A stretch of DNA of 64,000 bases from an uncultured Mycoplasmatota bacterium. GTDB taxonomy: Bacteria; Bacillota_I; Bacilli_A; RF39; UBA660. This document shows positions 1 to 11,897 of the stretch, one piece after another. The notes under the pieces are model-generated. The model was not told the origin of the DNA. It saw nothing but the letters and a program-made list of their open reading frames with translations, and searched no databases. The stretch spans positions 4,332-68,331 of the forward strand of contig CAMMJA010000002.1 in NCBI GenBank assembly GCA_946497145.1. Direction: 5' to 3'. Every line of letters begins with the position of its first letter. Position 1 is the first letter of the stretch. The position numbers were made by a program, and so were the translations under genes.

Positions 1-938
1 AAATAATAAAAGATGGAAAAAATAATCAAGTAGTAGTAGACCAACTAAAAAAGTTGGGGTACAAACACTTTGGCTTTACTAAAATGAACGAAACCCTACA
101 GCCAAGATGGATGTTTGTTCTAGACCTCAAAAATAAAGACAAAAATGAGATTCAAAAAAATTTTGACAGCAAAACCAAACGCATTTTAAAAAAGAATGCA
201 AAAATGTTGATCGAAGTAAGAGAACTAACCAAAGAAGAACTACCTATTTTCAAAGAAATTATGCAATCGACAAGTAATCGTAGAGAGTTCATCGATCGAC
301 CTTTATCTTACTATGAAAATATGTGGAACACATTTCATGATCAAGGATATTTAAAAATTATGGTAGCGCAACTTCCCGTTACCAAATATATCAAAACATT
401 GAAACAAGAAAAAAAGCAAATCAAACAGGAAATAGAAGAAAGAAAAGAGCGTAAAGAACACGAATCAGTCAACGAGGCCAAGTATGAATTGAAACAAAAA
501 GAAGCAACGGAAAAATGTCAGAAAATTGAAAAGCAATTAGAAGAAATGCAAGAATTAGAAAAAGAATATGGCCAAACGATCATCTTAGGCGGTATGCTTT
601 TCTTACTGTACGGAAAGGAAATTGTTTTCTTGATGGGTGGATCGTTTGAACAGTTCCTACACTTCCAATCCTCTTACAGCATTCATGAAGCCATGATCGA
701 CTATGCAATCGAAAATCATTACGACATCTACAACTTTTATGGTATTACCGGAATATTTGATGAAAGCAATCCAATGTATGGCATCTATTTTGCAAAAAAA
801 GGGTTCGGTGGCAACGTCGTAGAATTGATTGGAGAATTCGATCTTATTGTTTCTAAACCATATTATTGTCTTTATAAAGTTCTGTTTTCCCTTTACCATA
901 CCACTAAAAATTTTCTTCATCACATAAAAAAGAAATAG
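1..938 (+). CDS. FemAB-family aminoacyltransferase (peptidoglycan interpeptide bridge), 5' end outside window
   Basis: Frame of ORF 54..938 stays open to base 1. Central coiled-coil insert and C-terminal region resemble FemX/FemAB. The TTG at 54 is probably an ORF-caller artefact. Confidence 0.75.
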   Translation, partial: IIKDGKNNQVVVDQLKKLGYKHFGFTKMNETLQPRWMFVLDLKNKDKNEIQKNFDSKTKRILKKNAKMLIEVRELTKEELPIFKEIMQSTSNRREFIDRPLSYYENMWNTFHDQGYLKIMVAQLPVTKYIKTLKQEKKQIKQEIEERKERKEHESVNEAKYELKQKEATEKCQKIEKQLEEMQELEKEYGQTIILGGMLFLLYGKEIVFLMGGSFEQFLHFQSSYSIHEAMIDYAIENHYDIYNFYGITGIFDESNPMYGIYFAKKGFGGNVVELIGEFDLIVSKPYYCLYKVLFSLYHTTKNFLHHIKKK

Positions 939-943
939 AGATT

Positions 944-2623
944 CTATTTCTTTTTCTTTTTAAAACGAGCCAATACTTTGTTGATCATCTCGGCTCCAAA
1001 AACAGATTGTAACGTTTTCGATTTCATCGTCAACAACAGATAGACAATAGCGCCAATTGCTGTATACATGATTACGATTGGAATATTCATAAGTCGACTA
1101 GATGATACTGTTGGCAACACATATTGCAACAATAAAATGACAATGGCCATAACAATCGTTGCCCCCACAATATTCACAAGTTGTTTAATAGTATTTTCAT
1201 AATGTACCCCATACTTGCTCTTTAAACAGATTAAACAGATTACCAAAGATAACAAATAACCCAAAATGGAAGCCGTAATAGCACCATAGTAAGCAGGTAA
1301 ACCCATCTTGTGGAATCCATAAATAAGTGGCACATTCAAAACAATCTTTAACACAAAACCAGAAAACAAACTAATAAATACTTCCTTATAATATTTTAAA
1401 ACTTGAATGATCGTAATGGCTGCAGTAAACAAGCAAAGTACTAAAGCAACAAATACAAAATAACAAAAGGTCGATGCACCATATTCACTAGCGCCATAGA
1501 AAATCATCCAAACTGGTTTCGAAAGTAAACTAAGTCCTACTGTCATAGGAGTCGTCAAATATAACAATACTTGAAACGTCTGATTGATCTTATGATCCAC
1601 ATCTTTTTTATCTTTGGATACAAAACTTGCAGTCAAATTAGGAACCAAACTAACAATGACACCAGTTCCAATGGATGCGATGATCATATTTAATTTCAGT
1701 CCCCAAGTTGAAATCACACTCATGATACTTTCAGCATCTTTTACATCATATCCAATTCCATTCACCAAAGTTTTCACAAGAGTCACCATATCGACAGAAT
1801 TATAAAGTGTTTTAAAAATATCGATCATAATCAAAGGAAGTGCATACCAAAATAATTTATGTAAAATGGCTTTGTTAGAAATTTTTGGTTCCTTAATATC
1901 CGTATTGGATTGTTCAAATTGCTTTTTGTTATGCATTCTTTTCTCTACTAAATAAAAATACGAAACCAACGCACCGATGGTAGCGCCAAATACCGCAACA
2001 CCGACCGCCGTCGTCAACGACAAATGAAATACTTCTAGTGCTAGAAAACTACCACAAATGATGATTGCCACTCGAACCAATTGCTCTAACACTTGACTAA
2101 ATGAAGTGGGTGCAATAAATTTATGACCTTCAAAATAACCACGATAAATACTTAAAATAGGTACGATCAAAATGGCAGAAGCAATAACCCGAATGACGAA
2201 AGTAATTTGCTCTAGTGAATTTCCCCCTTGAATATCACCAATGATCAACTCAGCAATATTAGGGGCAAAAATCAATAAGATGATAAAACACAAAACCCCT
2301 AAAATAAGCGAAATTCGTTTACCCAACTGAAAAGCCCTCTTCTTAGCATTTTCGTATCCTAAAGTATGATATTCACTAATCAGTTTACTGATGGCCATAG
2401 GAATACCTGCTGAACTAATACTCAAAAATATTGCATAAATGTTGTAGGCGTACCCATACAAGGCCCCACCTTGTTCACCTATGATTTGATAAAAAGGGAT
2501 TACGTAAAGAATTCCAATTACTTTGGTTAAAACAATTCCAAGCGTAGCAATAAACGCTCCTTGCATAAAATTATTCTTTTTCATCGCTCTTTTTTTCTTC
2601 ACCACATTCACTTCCATATCCAT
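944..2623 (-). CDS. MOP-superfamily flippase (MurJ/SpoVB-like polysaccharide biosynthesis protein)
   Basis: 559 aa with about 14 predicted TM helices and a family-typical N-terminus (FMQGAFIATLGIVLTKVIG). The true start is more likely M14 at 2584. Confidence 0.8.
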   Translation of the reverse strand: MDMEVNVVKKKRAMKKNNFMQGAFIATLGIVLTKVIGILYVIPFYQIIGEQGGALYGYAYNIYAIFLSISSAGIPMAISKLISEYHTLGYENAKKRAFQLGKRISLILGVLCFIILLIFAPNIAELIIGDIQGGNSLEQITFVIRVIASAILIVPILSIYRGYFEGHKFIAPTSFSQVLEQLVRVAIIICGSFLALEVFHLSLTTAVGVAVFGATIGALVSYFYLVEKRMHNKKQFEQSNTDIKEPKISNKAILHKLFWYALPLIMIDIFKTLYNSVDMVTLVKTLVNGIGYDVKDAESIMSVISTWGLKLNMIIASIGTGVIVSLVPNLTASFVSKDKKDVDHKINQTFQVLLYLTTPMTVGLSLLSKPVWMIFYGASEYGASTFCYFVFVALVLCLFTAAITIIQVLKYYKEVFISLFSGFVLKIVLNVPLIYGFHKMGLPAYYGAITASILGYLLSLVICLICLKSKYGVHYENTIKQLVNIVGATIVMAIVILLLQYVLPTVSSSRLMNIPIVIMYTAIGAIVYLLLTMKSKTLQSVFGAEMINKVLARFKKKKK

Positions 2624-2675
2624 AATTCCGTAAACTAATCATATCATAGATTTTCTGATTTGAAAACTTTGTTTT

Positions 2676-3635
2676 TTAACCCATAATTTGTCCGCCGTTG
2701 TTGTGGATTACTTGTCCTGTTACATAACTAGAATCATCTGATGCCAAAAAAACAAAAGTAGGCGCCAACTCGTATGGCATGGCTCCACGTCGCATTGCGG
2801 CATCAGCCCCAAGAGATGGAATTTTTTCTTTTTGCCAACAAGCAGGTTGTAACGGAGTCCAAAAAAAGCCCGGAGCAATGGCATTGACTCTAATTTTTTT
2901 CTCAGCTAAATTTCGTGCCAAAGCACGCGTAAACCCTACGATTGCTCCTTTGGTAGCAACATAATCAATTAATTGCGGATCTCCAAAAAAAGTTGTGACC
3001 GACGTCATATTAATAATAGAACTATTCTCACTCATAAAAGGCAACGCTGCTTTTGTCAAATAGAACATTCCATAAACATTAACTTTCATCGTACGATCAA
3101 ACTGCTCATTGCTAATATCAGTCAATGTATCTTGTTGATATTGAACACCAGCATTATTCACCAAAACATCAATTTTTCCAAAGTTTCGAATCGTTTCTTG
3201 CACGATGTAAGAACAAAAAGCAGGATCTGTAATATCCCCAGATAAAAGCAAACAAGTTCCACCCAATTGTTCAATATACTTTTTTGTTTCCAGTGCATCG
3301 CGATGTTCATTTAAATAAGGAATGACTAAGGTTGCACCTTCTTTGGCAAAACAGATGGCTGCTGCTCTACCCAAACCACTATCTCCTCCTGTAATGATAG
3401 CCACTTTATTTTTTAGCTTACCACTTCCGATATAATTCGGATTATCAAAAACCGGTCTTGGCGTCATCAAATATTCCAAACCCGGTTGATTGGACTGTGA
3501 TTGTTCTGGTGCCATAATACGATACTTAGAATGTTTTACCCCATCCGAAAAACAGTACGTATAGCAATCAGAACCAAAGCAATAATCATATTTCATAGTT
3601 GTCCTCCTTTTCTCTATACTATATGCATAGACCAA
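2676..3635 (-). CDS. SDR-family oxidoreductase (YghA/YhdF-like)
   Basis: TGGDSGLGRA NAD(P)-binding motif, NNAG, and the QPGxExxMxPxP N-terminal signature of this subfamily. Start is uncertain and probably internal. Confidence 0.85.
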   Translation of the reverse strand: MVYAYSIEKRRTTMKYDYCFGSDCYTYCFSDGVKHSKYRIMAPEQSQSNQPGLEYLMTPRPVFDNPNYIGSGKLKNKVAIITGGDSGLGRAAAICFAKEGATLVIPYLNEHRDALETKKYIEQLGGTCLLLSGDITDPAFCSYIVQETIRNFGKIDVLVNNAGVQYQQDTLTDISNEQFDRTMKVNVYGMFYLTKAALPFMSENSSIINMTSVTTFFGDPQLIDYVATKGAIVGFTRALARNLAEKKIRVNAIAPGFFWTPLQPACWQKEKIPSLGADAAMRRGAMPYELAPTFVFLASDDSSYVTGQVIHNNGGQIMG

Positions 3636-3650
3636 AAGACGGGATAAACT

Positions 3651-3824
3651 TTATTGATGATAAATGATCATAGCAGAAAAGCAATAGATTTGCTCTTCCG
3701 AAAATACTGCTGTACTCACTTGAAATTTAATATCAATCACGTCCCCTTCTAATTCTTCTAGAAAATCGTTCACACTTTTTTCTAAATCTTTTTCATGATT
3801 TTCATCAAATACTTTTACTTTCAT
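3651..3824 (-). CDS. Cse60-family small protein
   Basis: MKVKVFDENHEKDLEKSVNDFLEE... resembles sporulation protein Cse60. Start moved to the M preceded by an SD. Confidence 0.55.
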   Translation of the reverse strand: MKVKVFDENHEKDLEKSVNDFLEELEGDVIDIKFQVSTAVFSEEQIYCFSAMIIYHQ

Positions 3825-3891
3825 TCTATCACCCACTACACTATAACCAGCCATCCATAAAAACAATGACGAAAAAAGGAAGCACGCTTCC

Positions 3892-6282
3892 TTATTTTAC
3901 TACTATATTAACAATTTTTCCTTTGATAACAATAACTTTGACAATTTGTTTTCCTTCGATATGTCTTACAACATTATCAGCTTTCAAGGCCACTTCCTTA
4001 ATTGCTTCTTCATTATCACCTAAATGTACAAGAATCGTCGCACGTACTTTTCCATTCACTTGAACCGCAATCTCTTTTTCCGTTTCCACCAATTTACTTT
4101 CATCATAACTTGGCCATGGCGCATATGCCATCGTACCATCATGCTCTAACACTGTATTCCAAAGTTCTTCACTAATATGAGGTGCAAGTGGATAAAATAA
4201 TTTTAAAAATCCCTCTAAATAAAGACGTGGTATTTTGGTTTCTTTATACATCGCATTTACCAAAATCATCATTTGACTAATAGCCGTATTAAAGTTCATA
4301 CTTTCATAATCATCAGTTACTTTCTTAACTGTCGCATGATAGATTTTTTCCAAATTTTTATTTTCTTGATCCGTAATTTCTTTTTCTTCAAACAAACGAA
4401 CGACACGATCTACAAACCGTTTTGATCCTTCTATTCCATTCGGGTCCCATGGCTTTGCTGCTTCGATTGGTCCCATAAACATCTCGTATACACGAAGGGA
4501 ATCTGCACCATACTTTTTAATCATATCATCTGGATTTACCACGTTGCCACGAGATTTGCTCATCTTTTCCCCGTTAGAGCCCAATATCATACCAGGATGA
4601 CGCAATTTGTAAAATGGTTCTTTGACTGGAACAATACCCTTATCATATAAATAATTGTTCCAAAATCTAGAATAAAGCAAATGCCCTACCGTATGTTCTG
4701 GTCCACCCATATACAAATCGACTGGCAACCAATGTTTCAACAGTTCATAGTTGGCAAGAACATCATCGTTATGAGGATCAATATAGCGTAAGAAGTACCA
4801 ACTAGATCCAGCAGACCCTGGCATTGTCGAAGTTTCTCTTTTTCCCTTCTTCCCGTTTCTTACCACGTTTACCCAATCAACTGCCTTCTCTAATGGAGCA
4901 TCGCCATTTTTACTTGGGCTATAATCTTTTAATTTTGGTAGCACCAAAGGAAGTTCAGAATCATCTAGCACCTCCATGCCATCTTCGTAGTGGATGATCG
5001 GAATTGGTTCTCCCCAATATCTTTGTCTTGCAAAGATCCACTCGCGCAATCGATAGTTGATTCTTTTTTCTCCACAATGGTTTTCTTCCAACCAAGCAAG
5101 CATCTTATCGATGGCATCTTGCTTATTAAGGCCATCTAAGAACGAAGAATTGATATGAACACCATCACCAACATATGCTTCTTGACTAATGTCGCCACCT
5201 TCTAAAACCGGAATAATTTCCAAGTTGAACTTTTTCGCAAACGCATAATCTCGTTCATCATGAGCAGGGACAGCCATAATAGCACCCGTTCCATACGTAA
5301 CCAAAACATAATCCGAAATCCAAATCGGAATTTTTTTCTGGTTGACAGGATTGATGACATAGGCACCTGTAAAGACACCTGTTTTATCTTTGTTAAGTTC
5401 TGTTCGCTCCAAATCAGATTTTGTCGCACAAAATCGAATGTATTCCTCTACTTCTTCTTTTTGTTCCTCCGTTGTGATTTTACGAACTAATTCATGTTCT
5501 GGTGACAACACACAATACGTTGCCCCAAACAAAGTGTCACATCGCGTGGTAAATACTGTAAACGTTTCTGGTGAATCAGCAACTTGAAATTTTACTTGCG
5601 CTCCAACAGATTTTCCGATCCAATTTTTCTGCATCTCCTTAGTCGATTCTGGCCAATCCAAATCTACAAGTCCATCGATTAATTTTTCGGCATAAGATGG
5701 AATATCCATAACCCATTGTTTCAGGTTTTTACGAACAACCGGATATCCACCACGTTCACTTTTTCCATCGATAATTTCATCGTTGGCAAGAACCGTTCCC
5801 AATTCTTCACACCAGTTTACCGGCATGTCAATTAATTTTGCATAACCATCTTGATAAAGTCGTTTGAAGATCCATTGGGTCCATTTATAGTATTTAGGAT
5901 CAGCAGTAGAAATTTCTTTCGTCCAATCGAATGTCAATCCAAGCATCTTCAATTGACGTTTAAACGTCTTAATGTTTTGTTCTGTAAAACCATCCGGATG
6001 ATTTCCAGTCTTAATCGCATATTGTTCCGCAGGAAGACCAAACGCATCCCATCCCATCGGATGAAGTACATTGTACCCTTGCATTCTCTTCATTCTCGCA
6101 ATCACATCGGTTGCTGTATATCCTTCAACATGCCCTACGTGAAGTCCATTGCCAGATGGATAAGGAAACATATCTAGAACATAATACTTCGGTTTCGAAA
6201 AATCCCAAACATCTGTCTCAAACGTCTTGTTTTCTTCCCAATAGTTTTGCCACTTTTCTTCTATTTTTTTAAAATCATACAT
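3892..6282 (-). CDS. leuS: leucine--tRNA ligase
   Basis: 796 aa with HVGH and KMSKS class-I motifs and a full-length LeuRS-like sequence. Confidence 0.97.
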   Translation of the reverse strand: MYDFKKIEEKWQNYWEENKTFETDVWDFSKPKYYVLDMFPYPSGNGLHVGHVEGYTATDVIARMKRMQGYNVLHPMGWDAFGLPAEQYAIKTGNHPDGFTEQNIKTFKRQLKMLGLTFDWTKEISTADPKYYKWTQWIFKRLYQDGYAKLIDMPVNWCEELGTVLANDEIIDGKSERGGYPVVRKNLKQWVMDIPSYAEKLIDGLVDLDWPESTKEMQKNWIGKSVGAQVKFQVADSPETFTVFTTRCDTLFGATYCVLSPEHELVRKITTEEQKEEVEEYIRFCATKSDLERTELNKDKTGVFTGAYVINPVNQKKIPIWISDYVLVTYGTGAIMAVPAHDERDYAFAKKFNLEIIPVLEGGDISQEAYVGDGVHINSSFLDGLNKQDAIDKMLAWLEENHCGEKRINYRLREWIFARQRYWGEPIPIIHYEDGMEVLDDSELPLVLPKLKDYSPSKNGDAPLEKAVDWVNVVRNGKKGKRETSTMPGSAGSSWYFLRYIDPHNDDVLANYELLKHWLPVDLYMGGPEHTVGHLLYSRFWNNYLYDKGIVPVKEPFYKLRHPGMILGSNGEKMSKSRGNVVNPDDMIKKYGADSLRVYEMFMGPIEAAKPWDPNGIEGSKRFVDRVVRLFEEKEITDQENKNLEKIYHATVKKVTDDYESMNFNTAISQMMILVNAMYKETKIPRLYLEGFLKLFYPLAPHISEELWNTVLEHDGTMAYAPWPSYDESKLVETEKEIAVQVNGKVRATILVHLGDNEEAIKEVALKADNVVRHIEGKQIVKVIVIKGKIVNIVVK

Positions 6283-6676
6283 CGATAACCATTCCCTTCT
6301 TTTTATAATGTAATCCTATAAAATGATACGACAACAACAAAACAGGTATCAACAACACAAAGCCCACCAACAGTTGAAGACCAGTTCCTGTCACAAAACT
6401 AACGACAGTTACGACCAAAGCCAAATCAAATGACGTAACCACCCCCATTAATTGTAACAACTTCCAATAAGTAATCTTCCCCAAATCTAGTTTGTACCGT
6501 AAAACCAAATATTGAATTTCCACAGGAAGTTTGGCTTCATCCACTTTTTTCTTGCGTTTTTTAACTTTTCCTTTGCGTTTTCTTTCTATTTTATTCAACT
6601 CTTTACGAATTGTAAAGAGGTAATAAAGCATATAAATCAAAATAAACGTAAAAACAAAGACCATCAGTTCTTTCAT
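6275..6676 (-). CDS. small lysine-rich membrane protein, function unknown
   Basis: 133 aa with an SD (AGGAGG) 5 nt upstream, an N-terminal TM, a K-rich linker and 2 C-terminal TMs. Overlaps the leuS start by 8 nt. Confidence 0.55.
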   Translation of the reverse strand: MKELMVFVFTFILIYMLYYLFTIRKELNKIERKRKGKVKKRKKKVDEAKLPVEIQYLVLRYKLDLGKITYWKLLQLMGVVTSFDLALVVTVVSFVTGTGLQLLVGFVLLIPVLLLSYHFIGLHYKKKGMVIDV

Positions 6677-6688
6677 AAATCCTCCTAT

Positions 6689-6865
6689 AAAAAAGCCCTT
6701 ATATCAAAATATAAGGACGAATCATCGCGGTACCACCTTACTTCATAATCAATTATGCAGCTTTTCGTGATAACGGTACGACCACAATGTCTTTCTAACA
6801 ATCAAGTTCATAAATTCTCATTGTTTGTTTTCACCAACCACAAACTCTCTTCTAAATGAGAAAAT
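6689..6865 (-). promoter_or_regulatory. T-box leader RNA (Leu specifier candidate) with terminator
   Basis: Minus-sense AGAGAG stem-I start. Candidate specifier CUU (6806-6804) or UUG. T-box core AAGGUGGUACCGCG at 6739-6726. Terminator hairpin 6718-6695 followed by a U-tract. Confidence 0.8.
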
Positions 6866-6909
6866 TACTACTACTATTGTCAACATTTCACAAATATAAC
6901 ACTAGTATA

Positions 6910-9336
6910 TTAAATTTGTTCAATATATTCAAGTAATTTTAAGAACAATTTCATATGTTGTCTACTTAATCCCTGTCTACGTAACTTGCGAATTTGAATT
7001 CTTTTCTTTTTGATCGGTAAATCACCAAAAATAATTGCTGCAATCTTTTCTTTTAAATACGTTTCAATCTGCAAGTCCATAAGAATGCTGTTAATATCTT
7101 CGTTGATCAAACGAACAGCATCGATTTCTACATTTTTTCCACGACACTCCATCATCAACTTACCAATCGTAGGAATATTTTTCACTTCTACAATAGAATC
7201 GTTATCTTCTATATAAAAGTTCACATCTTCTATCAATTGATCGTTAAATGAAACGGTAACTTCTTCAAACATTTTCGTGTTACGAAAACGTATTTTATAA
7301 TCACGCGTATCTGGAACAATACCTCTTTTCCCTTCGATTGATTGAATAATCACTTTATAACTATTTTTGGTATATTGAGAATTTAACACCGTTTTTAAGT
7401 AAAAACCATCTTGGTAAAGAGAGCTTTCTCCATCGTCTTCGTACAAGATATACTGATCATTTTTCCCCGGAAAAAACATGATTTCTAACTGCTTCGGATT
7501 TCCCTTTAAATTCCACGTTGGATCATTCACAAGAGGAATAATCGCTCCACCTTGAACGAAAACTGGATAATCCTCTTCTTTAAAAAAGGAAATATATTTA
7601 TTAGGACCCGGAAATTTTTTTCCTGTTTTAAGATCGTACCAAATTCCCTTTGGAATATAAAAGGAATGTACCGTTCGATTCATGATCGGATCCTTTTTAG
7701 ACAAAATAGGGGCGACTAACATTTTACTACCAAAGTAATATTGATTGCGATATTGATTGTCATCATACACCCAAGGATTGTCGTAATAAAATGGGCGAAT
7801 GATCGGTGTTCCATTTTTATGATACAAATAACTTTCTGTGTAGAGATATGGAATCAAGCGATGACGCAAACGCAAATAATCTTCGACGACATACTGTGTT
7901 TTAATATCCCATAACCACGGCTCTTTTTTATAATAGTTTCCTCTTGCAGCATGAAATCTTAAAATAGGACTAAATACGCCTAATTGAATATAACGAATAT
8001 AAAGTTCACTTTCCTCAATTCCACCATGGTTTCCACCAATGTCATGGCTTACCCAGGAAACCCCACTATTGGCAGCCATAATATTGTAAGCAGGAAGCTT
8101 TCGAAGTGTCTGCCAACCAATTTCTGTTTTCCCTGAATACAAAACAGGATAACGGTGTGCTGCCAAATGCGCGTTGCGCGATAATAACATGCTTCGTTTG
8201 CTTCTGTTTCTACCCGAATCTAAAAATTGATAATGATTTAAAAGCCATAATGGCATACCATCTGATTCATCATAATCGTTCCAAAAGAAATCGACGCCGA
8301 GAGATTCCAAAGGATGTAAAAACAATTTCATATAAACATCTAAAAATTTAGGGTTTAGTGGATCGAACATGATGATTTTATTATCTGTAATTCCTAAGTA
8401 TTGACAAGCCATACTATAAAACTGTTCATGAGGAAACAATCCCTGTTTCGGGTTTACTTGCAAGCCCACACGAATGTTTTTATCGTGCAACTTTTGAATG
8501 GTATCTTGTGGATTGGGAAACAAAGTCGGTTGAAACGTAAAACCGGTCTTCAATTCTTTCTGATTACTTCCTTCTCGAATGTGCCAATCTTTATCTAATA
8601 AGATGACTGAAAGAGGAATATTGTGTTTTTGAAAATGATTCACGGTATCCAACAAGGTATTTTGATCATATTTTGTATTACGACTCCACCAATTACCAAG
8701 TGCGTATCTTGGAATTAAAGGAGGATAACCTGTCAATTTATAATAATCTTCTAGTGCCTGCAAGAAATCATTTTTATAACAAAAAACATAAACATCAAAA
8801 GAACCCGGCTCTCGATCTTGTAGTGTTCCATCTTCTAAAATAATCTTTTGAGGACTATCATCAAAACTAACAAAACCATCAATCGAATAAAGTCCGCGTG
8901 ACACGTCACTTTTTTTTCCCTTAGAAAGATCAAACGCACTCCCTGCTCCACCAAAGTTTCGAACTTCTGGATGACCATAGTACCAAACTTTTTCCACATC
9001 TTTATTGGTATCGTTTAACGTAATCTTAAAATACTTCTTAGGATCTAAAGAAGGTCCCTTAAAAGGTTGCTCTTTTTCATACTCCAACTTAAAGTACTTG
9101 GTATTCACTTCCAAAAAACGATCGTCTTCTTTTACTGTAAACTGCGGAAGAGGAAAGTTACGAAAGACAACCAACTGTGTCGGTGCGTTAAAAAACGTTC
9201 CAGATGGATGATATTCAAGTCGCACCAAACGCTCTGTCAAAATAGAAATACGATATCTTTTTCCACGCAAAACTACTTGAGGATTCGGTTTGGCATTGGC
9301 GTAATCAAATTGAAATTGTTTTCCCAAAGGATACAT
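6910..9336 (-). CDS. glycoside hydrolase family 31 (alpha-glucosidase/xylosidase-like)
   Basis: 808 aa. The WNDYDE-type catalytic region (FFWNDYDESDG) and HDIGG are typical of GH31. Confidence 0.88.
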   Translation of the reverse strand: MYPLGKQFQFDYANAKPNPQVVLRGKRYRISILTERLVRLEYHPSGTFFNAPTQLVVFRNFPLPQFTVKEDDRFLEVNTKYFKLEYEKEQPFKGPSLDPKKYFKITLNDTNKDVEKVWYYGHPEVRNFGGAGSAFDLSKGKKSDVSRGLYSIDGFVSFDDSPQKIILEDGTLQDREPGSFDVYVFCYKNDFLQALEDYYKLTGYPPLIPRYALGNWWSRNTKYDQNTLLDTVNHFQKHNIPLSVILLDKDWHIREGSNQKELKTGFTFQPTLFPNPQDTIQKLHDKNIRVGLQVNPKQGLFPHEQFYSMACQYLGITDNKIIMFDPLNPKFLDVYMKLFLHPLESLGVDFFWNDYDESDGMPLWLLNHYQFLDSGRNRSKRSMLLSRNAHLAAHRYPVLYSGKTEIGWQTLRKLPAYNIMAANSGVSWVSHDIGGNHGGIEESELYIRYIQLGVFSPILRFHAARGNYYKKEPWLWDIKTQYVVEDYLRLRHRLIPYLYTESYLYHKNGTPIIRPFYYDNPWVYDDNQYRNQYYFGSKMLVAPILSKKDPIMNRTVHSFYIPKGIWYDLKTGKKFPGPNKYISFFKEEDYPVFVQGGAIIPLVNDPTWNLKGNPKQLEIMFFPGKNDQYILYEDDGESSLYQDGFYLKTVLNSQYTKNSYKVIIQSIEGKRGIVPDTRDYKIRFRNTKMFEEVTVSFNDQLIEDVNFYIEDNDSIVEVKNIPTIGKLMMECRGKNVEIDAVRLINEDINSILMDLQIETYLKEKIAAIIFGDLPIKKKRIQIRKLRRQGLSRQHMKLFLKLLEYIEQI

Positions 9337-9423
9337 CTTATCACCCTCTTATTCTAGTAATAGAATATCACAAAAGCATTTTTTTTGAAAGTTTTTTCCT
9401 TCTTTTCGACAAAAAAAGAGTGG

Positions 9424-10758
9424 TTACATTCCCACCCCATAAGGTTGCGTCGTGAACAAAGGAAGAAGCTGAACAAGTGGAATATTTAAAAAACTTTCTA
9501 ACAGAGCATCTTTCTCTTCTTCAGATAAAGATTCCTGGTCAATACTATTAGAAGTATCTACCCAATCTAAAGTATCCACTTTTTGATATTCGTTTTGTAC
9601 GTTGATGGCAAACTGCATTCCAGTAATCGTAACAGTCCCCTCCATTTCTTGTCGATAACGTTCTTCTGTCTTTTCTACATTACTATCTTTTAAATAAAGT
9701 GCAAAGACATCTTGACCGACACTAGAAGATACAGAAATATCTAATACTTTACTATCAGAAGCATTTTGATACGTTCCAGATATAGTATAAACTCCCATGA
9801 TCGATCCACTCAATCGATAGGTATCCTGATCTTTTTCTATAGTAAGACGCATCATATCATTATCTTGCATCGTATAGATCAAAGTAGCAATTTCTTCATA
9901 GTATTGATACGTAATTTTAGCATCGTCTTGCTCAAATACTTGCGAAATCACTTGATTGTTTTTAAGAGCAAACTCATAAGTAAGCAAAACTTCTGAAGTA
10001 TCACTCGTATCTTGCTTAATTTGTTCTAGATAGGAAGATAATTCATCTTTCATTTCTTGTGCTTCTTGTTGTGACAAATCGCTAACAATTTGCAATGCTT
10101 TCTCGTCATTGATTATAACGTCAAGATAATCTATCATGATCTGATTTAACAACTCTTGATCTACTTTTAAACGAATCTTCTTTACCTGTAGTTCTTCGTC
10201 ATTTATCTCTAACGTTCCTTTTATTTCCTCAAAAGAATCATTCGAAATATTTTTCTTTAAACAAGGTAGTAAAAGATCAAATAAATAGTGATAATCATCT
10301 ATCAAAGATTGGTTTTCTAATGATGATAAATCGAGCGTTGTAAAATAAAATTGTTCCATCGCGTCTTGAATACGGTAATAAAATTGATCATCCTCTACAT
10401 AAAAATCGAGCCCTAATAAACGTTCTGTGGCACCGGCCAAATCAAAATTCAATTGTTGTTTATTTTCCGTTTTATCTGTTTGATAAGCAGAATCAATAGT
10501 CAACGGTTCTAGTTGCAAACTTTCATCAAAGGTTAAAACCGTTTTGCTAGTCATTTTCCATTTATCTTGTTGATCTAAGAAAGTAGTTAGTTCATTTTCT
10601 CTATTTTCTAAAGTATCAAATACCACATTCGACATTTTTTGCAAATGATCGATAAAAATTCTCTTTGGTTGTTTAAAAAACAACAATACTGCGCCAACTA
10701 CAACACAGACAAGTGCCACCCCAAGTAACAAAAGCAAGATAATTTTTTTCTTTTTCAT
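9424..10758 (-). CDS. membrane-anchored hypothetical protein
   Basis: N-terminal MKKKKIILLLLLGVALVCVV anchor followed by an acidic extracellular region. No family recognised. Confidence 0.65.
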   Translation of the reverse strand: MKKKKIILLLLLGVALVCVVVGAVLLFFKQPKRIFIDHLQKMSNVVFDTLENRENELTTFLDQQDKWKMTSKTVLTFDESLQLEPLTIDSAYQTDKTENKQQLNFDLAGATERLLGLDFYVEDDQFYYRIQDAMEQFYFTTLDLSSLENQSLIDDYHYLFDLLLPCLKKNISNDSFEEIKGTLEINDEELQVKKIRLKVDQELLNQIMIDYLDVIINDEKALQIVSDLSQQEAQEMKDELSSYLEQIKQDTSDTSEVLLTYEFALKNNQVISQVFEQDDAKITYQYYEEIATLIYTMQDNDMMRLTIEKDQDTYRLSGSIMGVYTISGTYQNASDSKVLDISVSSSVGQDVFALYLKDSNVEKTEERYRQEMEGTVTITGMQFAINVQNEYQKVDTLDWVDTSNSIDQESLSEEEKDALLESFLNIPLVQLLPLFTTQPYGVGM

Positions 10759-10769
10759 ATTCTTACTCC

Positions 10770-11897
10770 TTATTTATCTAAAAATCTTGCATAGTATTCA
10801 TCATACGTTAAATCGTTTTCAAAAATATACTCTGCGATCTCTTTTCCTACATAACGATAATGCCATGATTCGTATTTATATCCGGTAATCCGTTCTTTAT
10901 CTTTTGGATAACGCATGATAAATCCATACTTATAACTGTTTTCAAGCATCCAAGTGTATTCTTCAGATTCAGCAAAAATATTGCTGTTTTTGGAAGCCAC
11001 ATCCAAGGCGAGTCCTGTTTGATGTTCTGAATATCCTGGTAGAGCAACGTAATTATCTACATAATTTTGACCATATGCCTCTTTGTAAGTATCATATGTT
11101 TCTTGTTGATCTTGATAACTACGATAAGCAGAATTAGCCAAAATATAATACCCTTCCTCTTCGGCTGCTTGTGCCATCTCTTCAAACGCTTCGGCCGCTA
11201 CCTTTGTAAGATACTGTTCATCGTCCACAGAATACTTTTCTTGTATTTTCATCAAATCATCAGGTACATATTTTTCTCCCAATTGTCGATACTTATTGGC
11301 AAGAACTGTCTCACTGTATTCTTCAATTAAAATAGAATCAGTATAAAACTCTTTATCCAAATTTAAATTGACATACGTTACCGTATCTTCCTCATCATCG
11401 CGCTCTTCCAACTGATACGCTACATAACGATCATAGTTTTCTAACTTTGCATAATCAAACTGCATGTAATCTAATACGTCATCTACCTTCTCACGCTCAG
11501 CAAAAGCACTTACCTCTTCGTTGTTTCCATGAGAAACGATGGCTGCCACTTCTTTTACACTATATTCTTTGTCTAACAACTTATTGATATTTTTGATCAA
11601 ATTTTTTTGATCTTGATAAGGAATTTCTTCATAATCTTTCAAGTATTTTTCTTGATAATCTTTACTTTGAAATGCAGCATTTAACGTTTTATTTTCTCCT
11701 ACTTCATAGATATAAGATTGTTTCCCCTTACTTAAAATACTACTGATGGCCGCTTTATCATAGTGCAATTTCCCCAAACGATTGCCATGATAAATACGAT
11801 ATCCTACGGGAATCGAAATGGCAATGACCAAAACTATAATCACACCAATCAAAATCTTAGCAGGCCTTTTTAACTTATGCTTTTTTACAGTCTTCAT
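10770..11897 (-). CDS. D-alanyl-D-alanine carboxypeptidase (VanY/M15B family)
   Basis: SEHQTGLALD and ESWHYRYVG zinc-peptidase motifs. Start set at the ATG with AGGAGG-N4 (MKTVKKH). Confidence 0.85.
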   Translation of the reverse strand: MKTVKKHKLKRPAKILIGVIIVLVIAISIPVGYRIYHGNRLGKLHYDKAAISSILSKGKQSYIYEVGENKTLNAAFQSKDYQEKYLKDYEEIPYQDQKNLIKNINKLLDKEYSVKEVAAIVSHGNNEEVSAFAEREKVDDVLDYMQFDYAKLENYDRYVAYQLEERDDEEDTVTYVNLNLDKEFYTDSILIEEYSETVLANKYRQLGEKYVPDDLMKIQEKYSVDDEQYLTKVAAEAFEEMAQAAEEEGYYILANSAYRSYQDQQETYDTYKEAYGQNYVDNYVALPGYSEHQTGLALDVASKNSNIFAESEEYTWMLENSYKYGFIMRYPKDKERITGYKYESWHYRYVGKEIAEYIFENDLTYDEYYARFLDK

